A DNA stretch of 52,715 nucleotides, counting the filler, from Sphacelaria rigidula (Eukaryota), in the NCBI GenBank assembly GCA_964200075.2. It is 3 parts of 3 records of this genome, joined end to end, with 100 filler letters (N's around TTAATTAATTAA, not from the genome) between each part and the next. Parts side by side here need not be neighbours in the genome. Positions count along the whole stretch, not along the records: positions 35,213 to 52,715 come from CAXNAA020001065.1; 2 more parts are not named here. One strand, written 5' to 3'. A program made the position numbers and the translations under genes. This document shows, one piece after another, positions 48,861 to 52,715 of the stretch. Below the pieces are notes generated by a model that was given only the letters and a program-made list of their open reading frames with translations, did not search any database and had not been told where the DNA came from. Numbering within the stretch: the stretch's first letter is position 1; the number at the start of each line of letters is the position of its first letter.

Positions 48861-51800
48861 AGATGAGATGGCCAACGTGGTACGGCAGGTTGGAGGGAGC
48901 GGAGCTGAGCCACGGGGTCCTTGATTTGTTGCACAAATGCTGGAAATACTATGTATCGTCATCATCTACGTACATAATTGTTTCGAGGTCGAGGCGGCAG
49001 GAGCCAAAATGTAAAGTAGCGATGTCTACTGAATAGATGCCAGAAAAAATCTCTGTTGCTTTTGTTTGTTTTTTGCCTGTTTTACGTCTTGTACGCGTTT
49101 GGTAGGAGGAGTGAAAATTTGGTTTGAGTTGGTTCTTGATGGATGGATTCGTCGCTATCGACGATTGCTTTTGTTTTGTGGAGTTGTTTTTTTCTTTTCT
49201 GCCAAGCGTGAAACCAAAGGTATAAGTTTTGACGAATACGAGTCAAACACGATATGTTGGTGTTCGCGGTGGTTCATGTCTCGTACCGTGGCGGAGTCTG
49301 AAAATGCACGGCAGGTTGAGAGGAGTGCAAGAGGGTCTCACCATGATCGCCACTGTCGCATTTGTAAGTGCAGGGGAGGCATACAGGCATGCCAGAGCCT
49401 TGGCTAGTGCGGGCCAGGTAGAGGGTAACCGCGAGTGTGGTGCTATTCTTGCCTTGTGGTGAATGAGCATCGAATGGGAATTCCATGCCTTCGTCACGAG
49501 GCTCGTCGGAGTAATGACTGCGCATCGTGGCTGACGAGGGTTGCGGGACTTCAGCAAATCACCCAGTTCAATGGACGAGACGTAGTGTGGGGGTGTCTGT
49601 TTGCGGGAAAAGTAGTAGCTGAAAGAATTCGCAATGGGACTCACGGAAAAATTCGAATTTCGTTGACGATGAGGATATTATTCCCCCTACGTCATTCCGT
49701 GCTCCTTATTCGCGCAGTGTAATGGCGGGGGTGGGGCGGTGCATTGTTGTCGCTCCGCTTTTCATCGTCGACGGTTACCGTTGTTATTTCTCGGTCCCCT
49801 GCCCACTGTTGCCTATCAATACTAGGGGTGTTGTGCTTCGAGTTCTCCGGATGGTTAGTTCTTCAGTCGTTTTTCTGTCGATGCAAAGACGTGAGCTTTT
49901 CGTGTAGTAGAGGTGCGGTCGAGGCGGCATGCCGCAACGTGTCGACACGCACAACTTTGAGTGTACGCTTTTACCTCGAGCGGAGTTGGAGGGGGATCAA
50001 CCACAATAACGAGAGGTACCAGCGGTTGGTCGATGCTTAGTGTCTGTAGCGACGTGAGTTGGCTGTCTGTAGGTTCAGACTTTGTGTCAAATTGATGGAA
50101 CCCCTCCCACCGCCGTGTTTAGAGGGGTCTACTGTTTCGGGCTTCCATATTTTATTTTTTTTCCATACAACTATATACATTATCTGTTAACGTGCGTATC
50201 GTCGCCCACGTTGCTTTGCAGCGGTGTGGGCTTTCCTTTGTCTGCTGCGTGTTCCCTGTGCTGTCGAATTGCTTGGTGGCCATTCGTCCCCAGGCGTACA
50301 CAGTCCGTCTTTCTTTCGCCCCTCCTACGAGCATGGATATCGTATTTTTGAGGTGTTGGCTCCCCCGCCGTCGTTTTGTGTTTCGTTGGTTGTGCCTTTA
50401 GTCAAGAATCCTTTGCGCGTCCTGTTTTTTTCGGGGGAAAAAGTAACTCCCTCCAAGTAACTTTTTCCCCCATCATGATATATACACACTTGAATGGATG
50501 GAGTACCACCTAACGCACGCATACCGACTGCTGCACAAAATGAACATGCGGCAGTCGCACATTTTTTCCTGTATCGTTGTACGTATGTTGGTTTTGTAGT
50601 GCCGTGGTTAGGTAAACCTGCTATTTTTCGCCAACAAATCTCTTTTGTACGACAACGGGTGCGTGTAGTTGTCGCGCTATACATAGATCGCAAAGGAGTG
50701 ATATGTTTCATACCTGGGATATGATCAATATGCGTGTAGAGGTGGCGAGAGGGTTACGAAACACTGCTTTCAAGGCTTGTGCAATCTGCGGGGGGGGGGG
50801 GGGGGGGGGATTTCGTGCGGGGTGAGGACGACAGACATGACGTGTACGTCACATGCTGCATCGTACTGGCAGTTGTAAAAGTAGTGGTGGGTTGATGATG
50901 CAAAGCTGAGGACTCGTCAATCTTGTCTCTTACTGCTGAGACGAGGGGGATGGAAAAACGGGTGGGGACGGGAATGGTGGTGTGCTGGATCACAAATGTA
51001 GCATGATAATATGGATGTTTCATGAATGATCAACGTTGACACGTGCCTTGGCCATCGTGCCAATCCTTTGATGTATTTCACCGCCCGCGCTCGGTGTTTT
51101 CCTTGAACCAACTATGCATATCCGTCCATGAAGTACTTGCTAGACTTGCGTAGATGGTGTTTTCCGTGATCATTATCGTGCATTTGTACACGGGCCTTTT
51201 TGGTGGAAATATGGAAAATGACATGCACATAGCACCGATTGGCTGGCGGTGAGGAGCAGTCAAAGTGCAAAGTTTGAACGGCGTACAAGTAGCACCTGGG
51301 TTTCACTGTCACCCAGACATGAAAAAACCTTTTCGCCAGACTGGGTGTCGAGCGTGCGACCAAGAGGGAGAACCCGAAGAAGGAATCCTCAGCCGTTTAT
51401 CGACTACTGCTGGTTCTTGGGGGGTACTTCGCCGAAGCAGTCGACGAGCGGCTAGAATGAAAGCTCGTACGGGCTAGGCCCGGCTTGATTCAGATTTCGG
51501 GCTGTCAGCCACATCTCATCGACACCGACGAATTGAGCTGTGATTCGTCTATCTTTTAAATCGAGGTGCCCACCTGCTCAAACGCCTGGGTCAATTTTTC
51601 TCGGTGATCAAGCGCAATACCGAGTACTTCCCTTGCCGTACAGAGATAAGGTCCATACCAGCGTCTAGATGAAACCTCGGGCGATAACATGCAACGGACG
51701 ATGGTGTTCTTGGGTATAGTATTCCGTGTGGAGCACGGGAAAACGATTGACACCCCCACCATAACCCGGTTCACTTACCTGGAAATGTTGTTCCAAGAGA

Positions 51801-52372
51801 TTCCAGTCATAAATCAACACAGAACGAGCAGCGGCACTTAGTGCACCAAATCATGATTTCGCAGCTCAGTTTTGGTAGTTGGTGGGCGGCCCTAAAATTT
51901 GGTATGGACAATCGCTAGGGTATAACAAAACAGGAAAAAACTATCGCTCCTTGAGATTTTTTCAATCTTCATCTTTTTCATTTCTCCGGGGCGTTTTAGT
52001 GAAAAATGGACAGGGTTTTTTTGGCCCTCATTTTAGTTTCTCGGCTCATTTTTTCGGGTTATAATTTGACACGAGTATGGAGAATTGCAAGGCAATACTG
52101 AACACATGAAGGGACAACATTTTTCCAGTGCAAGCCCAGTGTGATGAGTTAATGATGTTCTCGTGAGAATGGGGGGTACTAGATTGAAACGTCCTCAACC
52201 CTTAGACCGGGAGGGTAGGTCATCTATCTGTTAAATCGGCATCAATTTCACTTGAAAAAAGTGTTGGTGATCGAGATAGGCTACCCTCGCGGTCTAGGGG
52301 TTAACTCATCGTGAAAAAGAAATAAAAATATCGATGTCCTTTTTTCCCTTCACTATGCCGTATCGATTTCCC

Positions 52373-52622
52373 GACACTTTCTACGATACCCCCCCCCCAA
52401 AAAATACAGCTAAAAGTGTCACGAAAAAAATGGCCGTACAGCGCCTGATGTTTAGATTCAGGCCGCATGAAGCGCCTCATATTGGCGACATTGGCTAGAA
52501 CGAACCCAAGCGTGGGAGTTCCCAACTTCTCGTTGTGCGCGGCCTTCCCCATTTCGATTTACGTGAAGATTTTGCCTCCCAAAACCATGCACTTTTTTGA
52601 GGGGGTTATCGTAGAAAGTGTC
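52373..52622. mobile_element. 250-bp MITE (TIR GACACTTTCTACGATA) with 4-bp TSD TCCC
   Basis: Perfect 16-bp inverted repeat extended by a C-run and an A-run. TCCC lies at 52369-52372 and 52623-52626. Confidence 0.75.
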
Positions 52623-52715
52623 TCCCACACAAAATTTCAAGGCAGGACAACAAGCACCAAAACTGGGCTGATAAATGACCTGCAAAATACTGCTAACAAC
52701 AGCCAATCATCTAAT

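Overview
Eukaryotic, intron-rich genomic DNA. Gene content and style suggest a stramenopile, probably a brown alga (inference). The window is three contigs joined by artificial 100-bp spacers (44 N + TTAATTAATTAA + 44 N) at 17507-17606 and 35113-35212, so adjacency across those points is not proven. Contig 1 holds a complete 11-exon GT2 cellulose-synthase-like gene (+, 3376-12711, ~898 aa, one GC-AG intron). Contig 2 holds the first exon of a fungal-type Zn(II)2Cys6 transcription-factor-like gene (-). It lies head-to-head with a secreted cysteine-rich repeat gene (+, 25435 to beyond 34644, cut by the spacer). Contig 3 holds most of CNOT1/NOT1 (+, 5'-truncated, 35387-48860). The non-coding DNA is highly structured. 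It contains a short retroposon family inserting at poly-C tracts (one copy with a 14-bp TSD), a (CAAT)n-tailed retroposon family and a third dispersed repeat. There is also a 1.6-kb non-autonomous hAT-like element built from a 42-bp hairpin-containing tandem array, ~250-bp MITEs sharing a CTACGATA TIR core, several ~500-bp degenerate foldbacks, and a duplicated stop-containing pseudo-exon in a CNOT1 intron. All gene models were spliced by eye and lack RNA support.
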